Assembly (NCBI GenBank): GCA_965603825.1
Contig: CBFDEM010000032.1
Span: 620,001 to 684,000 of the forward strand
Reading direction: 5' to 3'
Length of the DNA stretch: 64,000 nt
DNA from: Blepharisma stoltei ATCC 30299
Lineage: Eukaryota > Protista > Ciliophora
Shown here: positions 62,767 through 64,000 of the stretch, one piece after another
Layout of the letters: each line of letters starts with the position of its first letter
Position numbering within the stretch: position 1 is the stretch's first letter
Notes under the pieces: generated by a model
What the model was told of the DNA's origin: nothing
What the model saw: only the letters and a program-made list of their open reading frames with translations
Databases searched by the model: none
Position numbers and translations under genes: made by a program

Positions 62767-63015
62767 ATGAGATCTCCAATTAAAAAAGTCTACCGAGAGC
62801 AGTTAAAATGCTCATCAAAATCGAACCTATCCTTGTTTCCAAGCCTCAAGCAAGCTTCTGGGCTTATTTCTAAGCCAAAATATCAAGTTCCTCATAGAAG
62901 CTCAACTCTTACCAAAATTCATCTAAATCTTGCTCCTCCTGAGACTTCTCTACCCTTATCAAGACTTCCCCCTACAATTTTGCCTCCAAAAAAACCACGA
63001 AAAAAGCCTAATTAA
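62767..63015 (+). CDS. Possible small basic P/S/K-rich protein
   Basis: Open frame with coding-like composition extending upstream of the first ATG; start uncertain. Confidence 0.35.
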   Translation: MRSPIKKVYREQLKCSSKSNLSLFPSLKQASGLISKPKYQVPHRSSTLTKIHLNLAPPETSLPLSRLPPTILPPKKPRKKPN

Positions 63016-63061
63016 CTAAAAAAATGTATTAACTAGTAAAACTAGCCAAATAATCTTGACC

Positions 63062-63910
63062 CTAATCAGTCTGCGTCAACCCACAGATTGTATTTGCATA
63101 TTTTTCAAGCTCAAATCCAGAAAATTCTTCGTTCTTAATTGTGATAAAAGTTTCAAGCGTTACCAAGCTATCACTCCCAGCTTGGTGCATTCTTCCGTAT
63201 CGCTTCACTCCTACCTCTTCTGCAATTCTATTTAGTCCTCCTCTGAATTTATCAATTCCTTGCACCATGAATTTAATATCATAAAAAATCGGAAAATACA
63301 CTGAAAGCTGCTTATAAAATTCATCTTGGGTTTCAGGCAATTTTAGGTTTGTAGCTGCTTTAAGTAAGTAAGCAAAATCATAGCCGCTATGAAAAGTAAT
63401 GTATGTTATGTCTTCATTTAGACATAGCCCAGAGACCGTAAAAAGTTCTGAAAAATCGAAATGAGAAATACCATTCGTCGCATGCATGTCAAAATCTATT
63501 CCAGATTGACGGAGTAGCTGGATTGAGTCTTCTGAGTACGCGTCTAAATTTAAATCAAACTCAAAATTGAATTGCCACGTGCAGACACCAGGTGGAAAAT
63601 TTCCTTGCCCATCTGATAAAGTAATGCCTACTTGGATAAGTTTGAGACGGTCTACGTTGTGGCGGATGTTTTGATATTGAATATCTTTTAACTCCCCTTG
63701 AGCTTTGACAATAATTCCGGGAAATTCTGTGTCCATGGCTACCAAAGGATAATTTTCAAGCAGCCTTGAAATTGCAAGAATTTCGGACTTAAGATTGTGC
63801 TTTCATACGTTTTTTATCATTGATTCGCTTTGCTGAGGAGGGATGAATTTAAATGATAAAGGCTCAAATGCAGGAGTGCTTGGGTTCAATAAGGACATAT
63901 TTGCAAACAT
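63062..63910 (-). CDS. CAF1: CCR4-NOT deadenylase subunit CAF1/POP2 (DEDD nuclease)
   Basis: NVW(TGA)..NL, AMDTEFPG, LIQVG, WQFNF, FHSGYDF, HQAGSDS; start at ATG 63910 or 63898. Confidence 0.95.
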
Positions 63911-64000
63911 TTTGAATATGGGTTTATTAGAGTTTCTTATTGATTGGCAGATTAATTTAAATTCAGCATTTTTGTGAATTATATGTGGCTTTTTTATTTA

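Noticed and set aside
3256-63810. TGA as selenocysteine or cysteine
   Set aside because: TGA aligns with conserved Trp and with TGG in paralogues
1-64000. CRISPR arrays, prokaryotic operons, telomeric repeats, transposases, tRNA/rRNA
   Set aside because: None recognised; the sequence is eukaryotic and the repeats are gene-sized duplications

Overview
AT-rich, gene-dense eukaryotic DNA that reads as a heterotrich ciliate macronuclear contig, most likely Blepharisma (inference). Two signatures are visible directly. (1) TGA is read as Trp: ORF fragments in the supplied track fuse in frame across TGA, and TGA sits at family-conserved Trp positions; real stops are TAA/TAG. (2) There are tiny 15-16 nt GT...AG introns, each with an A six nt from the 3' end. 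Re-read this way, the window holds about 45 genes and pseudogenes. Housekeeping and signalling genes include a P5A ATPase, class I PDE, INTS7-like, CNNM, cathepsin L, TmcB/PAS-like, syntaxin, PP2A-B55-like, CDPK, CSB/ERCC6, SAM synthetase, S49 peptidase, ALG10 and CAF1. There are two birth-and-death tandem arrays. The first (18.7-25.3 kb) has five B-box-like/coiled-coil/tandem-WWE genes. The second (38.9-46.7 kb) is the most unusual feature: seven small (~230 aa) genes that look like a free-standing dynein stalk plus microtubule-binding domain with no motor, whose predicted microtubule-contact helices are hypervariable between copies. No rRNA, tRNA, CRISPR array, telomere or clear transposase was recognised. 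All family assignments are by eye against remembered motifs; no database search was run.
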